From the human T2T-CHM13v2.0 reference genome, Homo sapiens: DNA of 64,000 bases. Below, piece by piece: positions 40,621 to 54,834 of the stretch. The position numbers and the translations under genes are program-made. The DNA lies in the NCBI RefSeq assembly GCF_009914755.1, contig NC_060935.1. One strand, given 5' to 3'. The notes beneath the pieces were generated by a model. The model ran no database searches. It was not told the origin of the DNA and worked only from the letters and a program-made list of their open reading frames with translations. The number at the start of each line of letters is the position of its first letter. Position 1 is the stretch's first letter.

Positions 40621-42348
40621 GTCGCACTTCTCTTTTCACTGCCAGAGTCACCTCGCCTTGTTCTGAAGGGGCTGGACGCGACATCCCCACCAGGTCTCAT
40701 GTATCAGGCTCTTTGTATTTTTGCCCTCGCAGAGCAGTTTTAACTTTCACTGTGTTGAGATTTCACATAGATGCGTTTAATGTGCCGGGAGGAGTGTGTG
40801 CGTGCATGTGTCTGAAGGGAGGAGGGCTGAGTAGACTGCGACCTGCCCTGGGCCCCACACTTGCCGGGAATGGACCTGTCCACCCACCTGGGGGAGGAGA
40901 GCTGGGCTGGAGCCCAGGAGCTCTGACAGATGCAGCTCCAATTTAGCAACTCGAAGAAGTCCTCTCCAAGGCAACCCAGGCGAACACACCGCCCACTGGG
41001 CAGGACTAAAAATACACCCGCATGGTTTCAACGTCACACCTGAAGTAAAAATACATCCAACCAGGGGCCGCTGGCTCGCTCCCACCCCCCTCTGTTCTCT
41101 CCATCTGGTGCTTTCAAGGGGAGGAGAAGCAGAGGGCTGGACAAGCACCTTCCTCCCTACTCCCTCCCCTCCCTCTAAGACCTCACCACCCTCTCTGCAG
41201 GCAGCCCCCAGCAGAGCCCCAAAGAAGGCAGGTCCTTTCGTAGCAACTGTGACTAGAAGCTGCCAGATGGCAAAATCTGTTCCAAGTCCCCCTAGTATGG
41301 ATGGATTCTGAGCCTGAAAGAACTTGAGGATTGTGTCTCAAAACCTTCATTCCAATAGTCATTGCTTACTCCACTCATTCATTCACTGATTCCCATTCAC
41401 TGATTCGTCAAAAATGTATTGATCCTCTGCTGTGTGCCATATACTGTGCCTAACCCTTGGGAGTTCAGAGAGAGAGAAAATGTGGTCACCGACTGGAGGA
41501 GCCCACCATGCCATGAGGAAGACAGTCCTGTGCACAAACGACTGTGCTTAGTAGAGTTTAAGAAGTGTCATAAAATAAATAAAAATAAATTTCTATTGGC
41601 AGTCCTTTTTCGGTTAAAAGAAAACGAGGTTCGAAGTTCTGATAAATTGTAAGATGCCTCTCCCTCCTCTTTCTGGGCCTCTATTTGAATTGGCATGTGG
41701 GTTTGTTTTCCCAGCCAAATGAGTCAGTGGAGATGGGAATATAAATTTATTGGAGTAGATGGTGTCAGTGTTGCCCTGAATTTAAAAAGTGCCCACGCAC
41801 CGTTCCAGGGAAATGGAGCAGGCATTAATTGATAGTTTACTAAGTGCCAGACACTCTCCATGTTTCTTCATTTAATTCTTACAGGAACCTGCATGGGAGG
41901 TGTTGTCCTTAATGAAAGAGGACACTGAGGCTCCAAAAATTCAGTAACTTACCCAAAGTGTAGCTTATTTCAGACCACCCAGCTTCCCACCCTAAATTGT
42001 GAGTGAGGTCAAGGAAGAAACCCCTAGCATTTGCTGTGAGGGCTCGGAGGAGGCGATGGTTTCTCTTGCTGGAGAGACCCATGAGGGGAGCCTGCACAGA
42101 AGGCATGTTGGCCTGGATGCTGAGGTCGTTGGAGGGGACATGAAGAGACACAGGAGCAGGGAATTCAGGTGGAAGGAGCAGCAGGAAGAAAGTCATGGGC
42201 ACACGAGAGCAAAGGGCAAAGATGGGCACAGGAAGGCACAGAAGTTTGCTTTCCACGGGCTGCTGAAGGACAGTAGTGACCATTCCAGGGACCAGGGTCC
42301 GCCTGCCCTCTCCTTCCAGCCACCACCTTTCTCTGCTGAGTCCTTTTA

Positions 42349-42599
42349 CAGGGTTGTCCAATCTTTTGGCTTCCTTGAGCCACATTGGAAGAAGAATTGG
42401 CTTGAGCCACACATAAAATACACTAATACTAACAATAGCTGATGAGCAAAAACAAACAAACAAAACAACAAAACAACAACAAAAACGCAAAAGAAAAAAT
42501 CTCATAATGTTTTAAGAAAGTTTACGAATTTGCGTTGGGTCACATTTAAAGCCGTTCTAGGCTCCATGCCACCCATGGGCCGCGGGCTGGACAAGCTTG
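42349..42599 (+). mobile_element. MER30 hAT-Charlie MITE, essentially full length
   Basis: cagggttgtccaatcttttggcttcc...ccacacataaaatacactaa...gctgatgagc...tctcataatgttttaagaaagtttacgaatttg...ggacaagcttg. Confidence 0.9.
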
Positions 42600-43688
42600 A
42601 TCTAGGAGAGATACTGAAAAGGGTCTGAGGCCACATGATGAAGAGCCTGGAGCGCCCATCTGCGAGCGCTGGCTTCATTTCACCATCATCCAGGAGAAAA
42701 TTTACTGCCCTCCTCTGAAAGGGCACTTGTTGTGGACCATCTGCGGTAAACAGATGCCCCAGGAAGGGGTTAGGGGTCTGTTTGGGAAAGTAGTTTCTAG
42801 GCTATTCTCTGGTTCTGAGATCCCAGTGGTGTCTGGCCTGGGCACTAAGAAATAAAGGCTCAGAACGCCAGTCCTCAGGCAGAGTTTCTGGAAAGGCGAA
42901 CTTTTAGCTACTTGACAACCACTCACTGTGTGCCGGTAGGGCATAGGTTGGTAGCCAGAGCGCCACCGATCCCTGCGTGCCCCACCTCACCCCACCCCAC
43001 CGGCCAACAGCCTTGTGTCCTCTGAGCAGTGGGACCCTGACCAGGCCTCTGGTCCTGCTGGCCCATGCCTGAAGATGTCCACCAAAAAATCTTGTTCTCC
43101 CATGCCTTCCACCTCTGGATCATCCATCCTTGGCCCAACAGGAAGAGACAGAGGCTCTGTCTCCCCTGTCCCCATTGGAAGAAGCAGCAGGGGTTCAGGG
43201 ATGGGGTGGGCACTGACCCTGGGCTTCCCTCTTCCCACCCCCAAGAGGGTGAGAATGGCTGTAAGGAAGGTGCGGAAGGAGCCGGGGGGCTCCAAGGTCA
43301 GTCACAGGAAAGGAGGTGGATGGCCCAGGCAGGCAGCCACACACTTGGCTGGACCCATAATTGAGGTCTGCAGTCCTGGCCAAGGTCACAAGGGAAGGGA
43401 TGGCTGAGAGGCTTAGAAGGGACAGAGTGGCATGACTGTGAATCACAAAGTTTATCACCCAGAAAGAGAACTCAGCATTCACATCTCCCCTTGCCGGTGA
43501 CCACCCTCGCCCCCGCTCATGGCTGGTGCTGTTTCTGTCTGCATATCCACTCTCTGGCTCCCTTGTGTTTTGCATCTTCGCCTCTCTGAAGCTCTGTATT
43601 TTTGCATTCTTTCTAACTTCTTTTCTGTCTCTGCTTCTGTTTCTACTCCTCCCCTAAGAAGGAAGAAATGTTTGTTTTTTTTTTTTAA

Positions 43689-44061
<373 letters not shown>

Positions 44062-46759
44062 AAGGACCCAGCCATCTTTTTTTGAGTCTTTTAATAAAAA
44101 GAAATTAGCCACAGCCACATAGGGGAAGTTTAAGTTATATATGAGCATAAGAGTTACCAAGGAAGTTGCGGGGTCCATTCCTGAAGGCCTTTAAAAATGT
44201 TAGGGCAATCTGTCAGCCCGATTTATGTTAAGAATATCTGTCTTGAGGTGGGGAGGAATATGTGGGCTTTGCTGAATCTTGCCTGCCCCATGATGCTCTC
44301 CAAGGCTTTGGTGTTGATTGAGGGGTCTCAGCCTCTCTGTTACTAAGAGAGAGGGTGGTGCTAACCTCTGCACAGGGCTGCAGCCAACATACTGCCCTGT
44401 CTCTAATCGCCTCTCCCGGGGACAGCTGCACACACCTTGGCCCCAAACTGGGCATTCCAGACCAGCAAATTTGGGTGATGTAAAAAACACGAAGGCAGAA
44501 ATGTCAGAAGTAATTAAACCCAACGATGGCTTAAACCCCTGTAGAAATCAACACATCTGGTTTAATCACCTTCTTAAGCTAGCACAAGACTGCAATTCTG
44601 TGGAGAGGGGTTCTTTATTTCTTTGGATCGTTAACAAGAACTGCATATCTTAAGTTTGATTTTAGTTCAGATGCTCCTGGGGAGAGGTGATGAGGGTAGG
44701 GGGTGGAGGGTGGGATGGGGGACTCAGAAAGGAGAAAAGAAATAATAAAATGTTATTCGCGATCATCTCTTCTTCCCCTCTCCCTGAGCTGAGCTGCGTC
44801 TCCCTCCTGCCTGCCTGTGTCCGCGCTCCTGGGGAAGGCGCCCGCCCTCCCGGCACCCAGGCGGAGGCGCAGAGCTGAATGTGCTAAATTAGGCCATTAG
44901 AGAAATTCATTTCTCTTTATTAGTCTGTGTCAAATCCTTTTTATTAGTGGCTGGAAACGACCTCTCTTCTGCAGTAAAATGTCATGCCAGTTCACTCCTT
45001 TTATTTGTTCTGCACTGACGAGGCTCAAACGCTCACTGAATTAGTGCAGAGAGATTTATTTCCTCCAAATTTTGAACGGCTTAAGAGAGATTGGGGTGGA
45101 GGGGGCGGTCGGGAGGGAGGCGACATGGGGAGAGAAGAGCGAAGAAGGGGTTTGGGAGGGAGGAGGTGAGCTCTTATGGAGGTCACATGTCCTCAGCTCT
45201 TTGGATATAAAGTCTAATGACCATTCCTCACATCCCACTCATCATCATCGACACTCGGCACTGGACACCAAGTGTCCACATCTCTGCTTCTAGCCCATGG
45301 AGGATGTGGACCCACAGTGGAAGATATCTGGACAGCAGGAAGAAGCACTCCTGAAAAACCATTTTGTAGTGGGACAAACTGAGGCTCAGGGAAGGCCAAA
45401 GTCTCTCCTCTAACTGGGAATCCTTCTCCCCACCCATCCCTGGCTCACACAGGGCCATTTGTATTACAGGTGGCTTTGATGGCAGCTCTCATGGGCTCTG
45501 CCCTCAGGGTAGACCCCCAAGCCTGCAGCCGAGACTGCTGGGAAGAACTTTTCCAAAGTGGCTGCCAGCCTCCTCTCATGCTTTAGGGGGTGATGTTGGA
45601 GGGTAGCTTAGACAATATAAGTCAGCCTTTAGGCAGGTACAGGCTGGGCACCTGGGGAAGGGGAGGTGACTCTCCCATAACTGTGTTGGGAACAGCTTGC
45701 GAGAAGCCCAGGACCACGCTGCAGCCACAAAACCCACGGAGTCGCTGAGAAATGGAGCGTGTCTCTCAGTGGGCAGTGCAGTGTCTCAGGTATCCCCATG
45801 CATGAGGTAGAAGGTAGTGTCTGGGTTTATCAAGTGGGCCAGGTGGATGGAGCATGGGAGCCACAGGCGCCCCGCTGACCATGACCATGGATCACAGGAA
45901 AAGCTGTGGGTGATCTCAGATGCTGTCTGAGCTCTGAGAGAGCAACAGGGCTCTGGGATGGGATGGGAGGAGCCAGACGCTGGAGCATGGGGAGGCTGGG
46001 GTAGGAGAAGAGAGGATCTGGGGGCTGACAGTACCCTGCCCTCCAACCCTGACTGCTCAGTCCTCAGGTTGCAGAGCAGCTGGAGAGAGGGTGCCAGGCC
46101 AGTACCTGTAAAGTCTGCCCTATGCTCCATAGACTCTTAGTTAACTTGGAGGGAAGGATGGGCAGCATGTTCCTTTCTTCTGAGACAGCAGGAGCCACAG
46201 AAGACACCCCCAGATATGCCCCCACATACATACACATAGCCATTCTGGGGAGATCTGACACCTGGAAGTGAAGGAGGTTTAGAAGACAGACCCTGGCTGT
46301 GGTTCTGCAGAGGAGGTGCATGTTCCCTGCTGTATGTGACAATGCCTCCCACCCCATCCCTGCAAGCCCAGCTCTGTCACGAGGCACCTCATGATCTGAC
46401 TCCTGCTGCCTTTTCAACTTCCTCTCCCTCCACTCCCCACCTGCCTACCTGGCTTCAGCCACACTCAGCTACATCTTGTTCCAGAAACATGCAAGCTCAT
46501 TCCTGTCTCAAATGCTTTGCTTTTTCTCCTGCTGGAACGCCAGTCCCTTAGCTCCTTGCGTGACTACGTCTCATCATCCGAGGCTTAACTTAAATGTCAC
46601 CTCCGCAGAGAGGCTCTCCCTGACCACTCTAAGAAAAGCTGCTCCTCCCTGCAGAAGCAAGGACAGAAGCAGAGGAGATCACCCTCCTCTCCCTACCCAA
46701 AGCCTAGTGCTAGTAGCTGGGGGACACAGTCGTGGCAGATGTCTCGTCCTTACCCCACA

Positions 46760-47050
46760 TGCCACTCACACTGTGTACACAGAACACACCATCCCTGTAC
46801 ACATACACACATATTGCATACAAACAGCACAGAGAACATGCACACTGTGCTCACAGCACACAAAATCAGCACCCCAGTTACATACACTACCCATCTGTGC
46901 TTATATACAGCATTAGCACAACACTGCGTGTGCACACAATGAAAACACACAGGACCCCACACAACACTTGTTCTCATTGACAGCCTGCATATAACCTTGG
47001 TGCACACACATGCATATGCACGCGCACACACACACAGGCACACACACACT
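46760..47050 (+). repeat. CA-rich low-complexity tract
   Basis: Degenerate (CACA/CATA/TGCA)n over about 290 bp. Confidence 0.75.
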
Positions 47051-48026
47051 TTGTCCCCTCCCTCCAACTAACCAGTGAGAAAGGAATGTGCGGTGACCGC
47101 AGCTGCCACGGGGTTGCAGCGGGGGCCGCACCCCCACCACCTGGCACGATGCTGCGGATTATTAGTTCCTGGTAATTTAGTGCCCTTGTACAGAGTCGAT
47201 TTGTGCCTTTCATTCCTAATTGATCTAGTGGCTGTTTAAATGGCAGCAGGCATCTGTTGAGAGTAGGGAGGTTCATAAGGCGCAATAATTCATAACACCG
47301 TCTGGAATTTGCCTTTCATGTCCCTCAGCTAAACCACTGCAGGGCTCTGCTTAAATTACAGCCACTGAGGCTTTCTTTGGTATTCCACTCAGGGCCAGGA
47401 GAATCTTGCATTAAACTGGGATCAGGTTAGATTAGACTATAATATGCTGCAGTATTAGTGGCTGCAAATGAAGACTTATACTGGAGTTTAACCCCTTCAC
47501 CTGGTTTTCTCTTTGTCTTCAGCCGAATGGCTAAGCTAACGCATTGTTTTCCCTACCAGCTTCCCGGTAGATCTTTCTCAATGGATCTCCTGGCAATTTG
47601 GGGCAGCAAATAGGCCACCCTTAAATATTGACCCTTTTTTTCTGCAGACTGCACACCGAGTCTGCAGCCCTGGGGCCCAGCAGTTTAGGCATCGGCTTCC
47701 AAAACCAGGGTCGGGGAGAGAGTGTGCAGGGACAGGCTCTGCCAAGCCCAGCAGCTCCTCTGGAGCAGGAATTTCTCTTTTCCTCCCCCACCACCCCTGA
47801 GTCTGAGTAGAAAGACTCATAAAATGCGAGTGTGAGTGTGGATGGGGGTACGCACTTTGTCTTTTTGTCCAAAATTGTTAGAATTCCAAGATGGACAGGC
47901 TCCTAGGGGTTCCCCCACCCACTTACAAATACCATGTAAGCTAGATATTCAGTCCTTCTCTGTGTGCTCCGTCACGGTGTGCTGGAGGGGAGACCATTGC
48001 CTGTTTGCCTTACTTGTTGTGTTCTC

Positions 48027-48540
<514 letters not shown>

Positions 48541-49102
48541 GCTAGACCATCCCCTTGAGCAGAAGCATGGGGGCCAGGTCCAAGTCCAACGCACATTCCT
48601 CCTCCTTGCCCAGCAAATGGGACTACATCAAAAAACAAAAAAAACAAAACAAAACAAAACAAAAACCTACATTGCATAGTTCCAGGAGCCTGGGGAGACA
48701 GACCAGAGAGGGCTGTGAGATGCATTTTTGGAACTGCAGTGGAAGGGAATGGGACTCTCTGGAGTCCAGTGTCAACAACCCATGCACTCGCATGCACACA
48801 TACTGTAGAAATAAAGGTGCTGTGGACTTATACATGCAAATACACCTACACACATAAAACATATATATTTCCCAAATACTTTTTGAGATCCGCATACATC
48901 TGACTAGACTTTGGACATATAGTGATAAATAAGGTGAGCTAGATTCCTTCCCTCATGTAGCTCACAGTCTAGTGAGGAAGGCAGACAATAAAACAAACAA
49001 CTCAGGGACTATGAGTGTAGGTTTGGCGGTGGGGGAATGGGGGTCAGGAGTCAGAAAAGCTTTCAAGAGTTGCTGATCTCCAAGATAAAATCCATAGAGC
49101 CA

Positions 49103-49396
49103 GGCCGGGTGGTGGCTCACGCCTGTAATCTCAGCACTTTGGGAGGCTGAGACGGGCGGATCACGAGGTCAGGAGATCGAGACCATCCTGGCTAACATGG
49201 TGAAACCCCATCTCTACTAAAAATACAAAAATAAGCCAGGCGTGGTGGCGGAGGCCTGTAGTCCCAGATACTCAGGAGGCTGAGACAGGAGAATGGCGTG
49301 AACCCAGGGAGGGAGAGCTTGCAGTGAGCCGAGTTCAAGCCACTGCACTCCAGCCTGGGTGACAGAGCGAGACTCCGTCTCAAAAAAAACAAAAAG
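49103..49396 (+). mobile_element. AluY with 13-bp TSD
   Basis: Y diagnostics gatcacgaggtcaggagatcgagaccatcctggctaac and gaatggcgtgaacc; TSD atccatagagcca at 49090-49102 and 49397-49409. Confidence 0.96.
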
Positions 49397-50247
49397 ATCC
49401 ATAGAGCCATTTAGGTAAACACTTTGGCTCACATCTAGATGTCATAGAACCCCCCGCCCCGACCACCACACATACCCTCTTCACTCATTGATTCCTTCAT
49501 TCACCGAATATTTATTAAGTGTCTGCTATGAGCATGCATGCCAAGGTCTTAGGGATATCAGGATCACTAAGTCAGGTAGAGTCTCAGAGGGAAACAGTGA
49601 GCAAATGATTTGCATCACATAGTGATGTAAATAATCGTTGCATCATTGTGTGATGACCTAACACACTGGGGTATCTGACCTAAACTGAGTCTACCAAGAC
49701 TCAGGACAGGTGGACACATCTGCCCACCACGTGTGGATGAGTCTTCAGGCTCACGTATGTCTCCTGCATGCACTTGCAAGCACACAAGTGTTTGTGCACA
49801 TCTGCCACCCTTAGCTGGCTCCAGAAAGCCAAGAATGGATCTATGACCTACCACGAATGTTCACATCCAGGACTTCTCTGGACACTCCCCACATTTCCTT
49901 CCTAGGTTGACTCTGAGCCAGAAATGGACACCTACTTCTTGGAAGGTTTATAATCCATCATCCCTCCCCAAATATTCATGCAGTTTATCTGACCAAAGAG
50001 AAAAGGTAGGCGACCAGTGGGTAGGGACAGAAGCCTCTTAAGCCCAGAAGCTGGAAGAGTGGACCCTCCTTGCCAAGGCACAAAGTGCTGCCATCTAGAT
50101 TGACCATAGGGACTGGGGATGTTATCAAGGAGTGGGACCTTGGGAGAAGTGAGGGGAACGTGGGCAGGGGAGCCTGGTGGCTTCTGAGCACAGGTAGCAG
50201 CACGGTCTCTGTGTGTGCGCATGTGTGAGCTCTTGATGTCCCTGCAG

Positions 50248-50419
50248 GCACCCTCTTTTCCCGCTCCTGACGCTGCTGTTTGAGAAATGTGAACAGGCCA
50301 CCCAGGGCTCTGAGTGCATCACCTCCGCCAGCTTTGATGTGGACATCGAGAACTTTGTCCACCAGCAGGAACAGGAGCACAAACCCTTCTTCAGCGATGA
50401 CCCAGAACTGGACAATCTG
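50248..50419 (+). CDS. PKNOX2: PKNOX2 coding exon 3 (HPLFPLLTLLFEKCEQATQGSECITSASFDVDIENFVHQQEQEHKPFFSDDPELDNL), 172 nt, phase 2 to 0; MEINOX HR1
   Basis: Acceptor ccctgcAG, donor CTG|GTAAAG; HPLFPLL..LFEKCE is the MEIS/PREP/Hth homology region; the frame is continuous with the neighbouring exons. Confidence 0.98.
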
Positions 50420-50931
50420 GTAAAGACCCTCCACCCTCTACCCTGGCTAGAGTCTTCCTACCCTCTGACCCCCTTCAAAATGCCCTAGAAATGATCCTTT
50501 CATTAATTTACCAACAAAAGGTTTTGAGTGCCCACCATGAGTCATGCACTAGATGCACCAGTCTTGCAGCCAACAACCATTTCTAAGTGCCTTAAACCAA
50601 GAGTTCCATGCACAGGCTTTGCTGCCAAAGTTCTGCCCATCTATGCCCAGGGTGGCACTAGCATCTTAGCACCCACCCTTTTACAGTGCAGACAGGAGGA
50701 AAGAAGGGTCATAACAGCCAGAACATCTGGGGTAGCTGTTCTGAGTCCTGGAGTCCTGGCATGTTAGCAAATCTGTCTTGGGCTGTCCAGAGAGGAGCTA
50801 ATAGTTGATGTGCCACTGTATGGAGGATGAAGGTATTAATGTGTTGGAGCACATTAATCGAGAGAAAGACCTGACATCGATGTGCTGAGGAGACCAGTGG
50901 AGGACCTGTTCATTCTGGGGACAGGGTAGAT

Positions 50932-51108
50932 CAGCTTCCCAAACCTAATTTGTCAACTAGAGCATAACTACAGTTTTATAAAAATACATATTTCTAGGCC
51001 ACACCGCCTGGGAATTGTGATTCAGTGAGTTTGGTGGGAGCCTGTGAATCTGCATTTTAAAAAGTTTCCTGGGCAGTTGCAATTGTCATTAGGTTTGGTA
51101 ACCACTGA
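50932..51108. mobile_element. MER5-like fossil
   Basis: cttcccaaac...tgattcagtgagtttgg...gaatctgcattttaaaaag...ggtttggtaaccactg. Confidence 0.6.
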
Positions 51109-51409
51109 GTTGGATGACATCTGAATTCTCATCTAGTTCTGGAAATTCTGTGGAGAGAGCAGTAGAGAGGTTTCTCTGTTTGTCCATTACTCTAACTAGT
51201 CATCTTGGAATTATTAACCACAATTCTTTATTTTTGTGGGTGGATTACCGAGGTTATGCACAGTGAATTTAGAAACTCTGTAAAAATTCTCCCCCACAAA
51301 TTGATTAATGATAGTGCTATCCTCTTGCATTTAGAGTTTAACTGGTACCTACTTCCAAAAGGGAAACAGAATTAGAAAAGAAAATGTGGTTCCAGAAAGG
51401 AAGAAAAAG

Positions 51410-51410
<1 letters not shown>

Positions 51411-51452
<42 letters not shown>
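51411..51452 (+). repeat. (AC)21 microsatellite
   Basis: Perfect dinucleotide run. Confidence 0.98.
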
Positions 51453-51456
<4 letters not shown>

Positions 51457-53611
51457 TCTGCAGAACCGGTGTAACTGGCTTTGGTATTCTGTGCTGTGAA
51501 TTATCCACACCACCGCTTCTCTCAAGAGCTGAATATGTGACTGTATGGAGTCCAGAAGAGCTGCCAGGAGAGCCCACCCTAGCCAGAAGCTTTGTGAAGT
51601 GTCATGATGGGTGGAGTGTTTGAAGAGCAGAGGAGGCCCTGCCAGAGGATAAGGGCTCGCTTGCTGTCGGGAGGGTCAGTGAAGGCATCCGAGAGCCCCA
51701 AAGCCACCTTTTTTCATCCTGGGGCATCCGTTTCCCTGGCTGGGATTGGCAGCCCCCTTCCCAGGAGGCAGGCCATTGTCTCTCAGGTCCCATGGGAAAG
51801 CTGCCCTGTGCAGGTGCTCCAGTTGCAGGCTGGTTTTGCTCTGCCCTGTGCTCCGGCTGATCAGAACCATAGACTGCAGTCGGGGAGCAGATCCTTACAA
51901 CCTAGACCCATGGCAGCCAGGGGGCCAGGAGATGCCGCAGCCATTTCTGTAGGAGCTGGGATGGACCTGGGGGGTGGGGCCCACTCCCTTCATTTGACAC
52001 AAAAAGAAACTGAGGCCTAAGTTGGTAAGGAAATATCAAAAAGTAAACTGGGTAGCTAATGTGAAATAACTTATACCTTCTTAAGAGGGAGGAGTTCTGG
52101 GGGAACAAATTTCTCATGCCCTGCCCACCACCACCTGCCAGGTGAGCTCTGGAGACCCACCAAGAACGGCCTCCCATCCTAGCTCAGCCTGGAAAACGCC
52201 CAGGTGGCCACTTCCATGCTCTCTCCTGGCCAACATGAGGTAGGTTCCCCAGGGTTCTGTTCACTCAAAGAATCATATTTAGAATCAATCTAACAGAACT
52301 TGGTTGAGTGTCTGCCCCATGCCAGGCCTGACCCAGGGATGTGGTTGCTGTGGAAGCTGCCCTGGTGGCCCCATACTGCCAGCGTTCCCTGGTCTTCCAT
52401 CTCAGGCACTGGGCTGGGAGTGTCCAGCCAGTGGAGCAATCCTTGGACATTCCATCTACTTGGGTGCACCTGATTTATCTAGTTGAGTTAGCCATGGTCA
52501 ATGACTGGTTGATTGACTGGCTGATTATGTAAATGGAGATATTTGAAAGAGTGCTATCTGAGCCTCACCACTACTGTCTGTGTGATTTGGATGACTTAAC
52601 TCCTTTGAAGCTCGGTTTCCTCATCTGTAGATCTAACACACCTATCTCGTGTGATGGTAATACAAAATTAATGAGATGGCACTGGGAAATGGCCTTTAAA
52701 AATGCCTGTCATCTGGAAGGTTAATCTCAAGTGCAGGGCCCCTCCGTCAAGGTGCTCCAGTTCCTCAACTTCATATCCTGGCCACCAAAGAGACCGTGCG
52801 GCCGGGACCATGAAACTTGATGTGGGGAGTCAAGCAGTGCCCCTTGCCACCCCCACCCCTGGTCCTGTGTCAGGAAGTGGGAGGTAAAGAGGCCAACCAC
52901 CGGAGCCATCATTAGAACAAGAATCATGTAGCCAGCACAGCCAAGATGCACATAATTAGAAATTAGAAAAAGGTCAGATCGCGTCATTATCAGCTCAATC
53001 AGCTGCCAAGTGCCACAGCCAGTTAATTTGGCATCTGTATTTTTTACAACCCCGCACACGTAGCCCAACGGACTGTAACTCTTTATCCGGACAGATATAC
53101 TGCGCAGCCGAGCAGGGACATAAAATGAGAGACCCCAAGCAAATGAGCTGAGATAATTGAGAGATTTATTTCTTATATATATGTGTGTCAGGGCAGCTTT
53201 CCTTTGCCCTTGAATATTGACTTTCATAGGGATTGTCAGGAGGGCACTTGGGTCCCCAAAAACTTTGTCCCTTGGAAGTTCCTCTCTCCCCCAGGGTCCT
53301 CAAGCCCCAGCTGGGCCCTGCTTTCTCCCAGGCCCTGTAAGCCTGTGGTCTCCAGCCCCAACAAGCCCCGCATTTGAACTCAAATCCTCCCCATCCCCAG
53401 CTGGCCGCCCCCCTGTCCCCCAAGCAAGTTGCCCTGTACCACACTCCCCTGTGTCCCACAATCACCCAGGGCTGATCCGAAGATCAGAGAGGTTCCCAGA
53501 TTGTAGATTTCAGTGGGAACCTCCCTCCCTCCATTAGCCACCTGCTCCCACAGCACCCCTACCAGAGAAGAAACAGATTCATCAACCATTAGAGGTAAAA
53601 GCCCTAGGGAG

Positions 53612-53940
<329 letters not shown>

Positions 53941-54834
53941 CTATCTCCTTTTATAGCCTGGGATATAAGTTCACAGAAGGAAGTGACTTGCCAGGACCAG
54001 AACCCAGGTCAGCTGACTCCTGATCCTCCGCTCTGCCCACAACATCACACCACCACTCCTCCTTCACTTGCAAATAAAAGTGCCCCCGATATCTCTTTCC
54101 GTACACCCACACTCTACCTCCCCATTTCCAGGGGACGCGGGTGGCTTTCCACCCTCATGGTGGTCAAGCTGCAATGCCCCTGGCTGGCTCCCCTGGGAAA
54201 GGCCGGCTTCATCCTTCACTCCCTCCACTCCAATTCCCATAGCCGCAGGGGCTCACCAGGACGATTCCTAAGCTGGGCCCACAGATCCCCTCCTTGGGCC
54301 CACCAGCCTCTGACTGGCAGTTGGTAAAGTTTGTAAAATTTGCAAGTTCCCCAAAACCCTTTGAAAGGTAAAAGCTTTTTGTTTTATAAAATCTGATTTA
54401 CGGGCCCCCGGTGCAGGGCCAAGGTTTTATATATTATGCAAGATTTCAAACCGTGGCTGTAAAACGTACGGTTTCAGTTTCATGCATGGAATTTTTTTAT
54501 GTGTAAATTTTTTAACATTTATGGGGTACATTTTAATGAGACTCTGGTGTGGCTCGAGGGACAGATTACGGCTGCCTGACCGCAAAGCCAGCTCTAAAAT
54601 AGGGACCCCCAGGCCCCTGGGCCCACTCTGAAGAGGCAGGGCCAGAGGCGGAGGCTGTGGATAAGGAGGCACCTGAAGGAATCAGGCCAGAGCTCTGGGC
54701 CCAGAGGCCTCAGGCCAGCGGCATTCAGAGACTTAGCCACTTTGGCCTTCAGTCCGGGCTCTCTTTGCCTAGACAGGAGCAGAAAATCCCACAGACACCA
54801 GGAAAGGGAAAGGAAATGGGAATCCTCAACGCTA

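Noticed and set aside
41909-42505. 198-aa minus-strand ORF
   Set aside because: It starts inside MER30 and ends in a MIR fragment; a chance ORF.
49985-50434. 149-aa minus-strand ORF that looks protein-like
   Set aside because: It is the antisense shadow of PKNOX2 coding exon 3; the same applies to 62363..62686 and 32481..32720.
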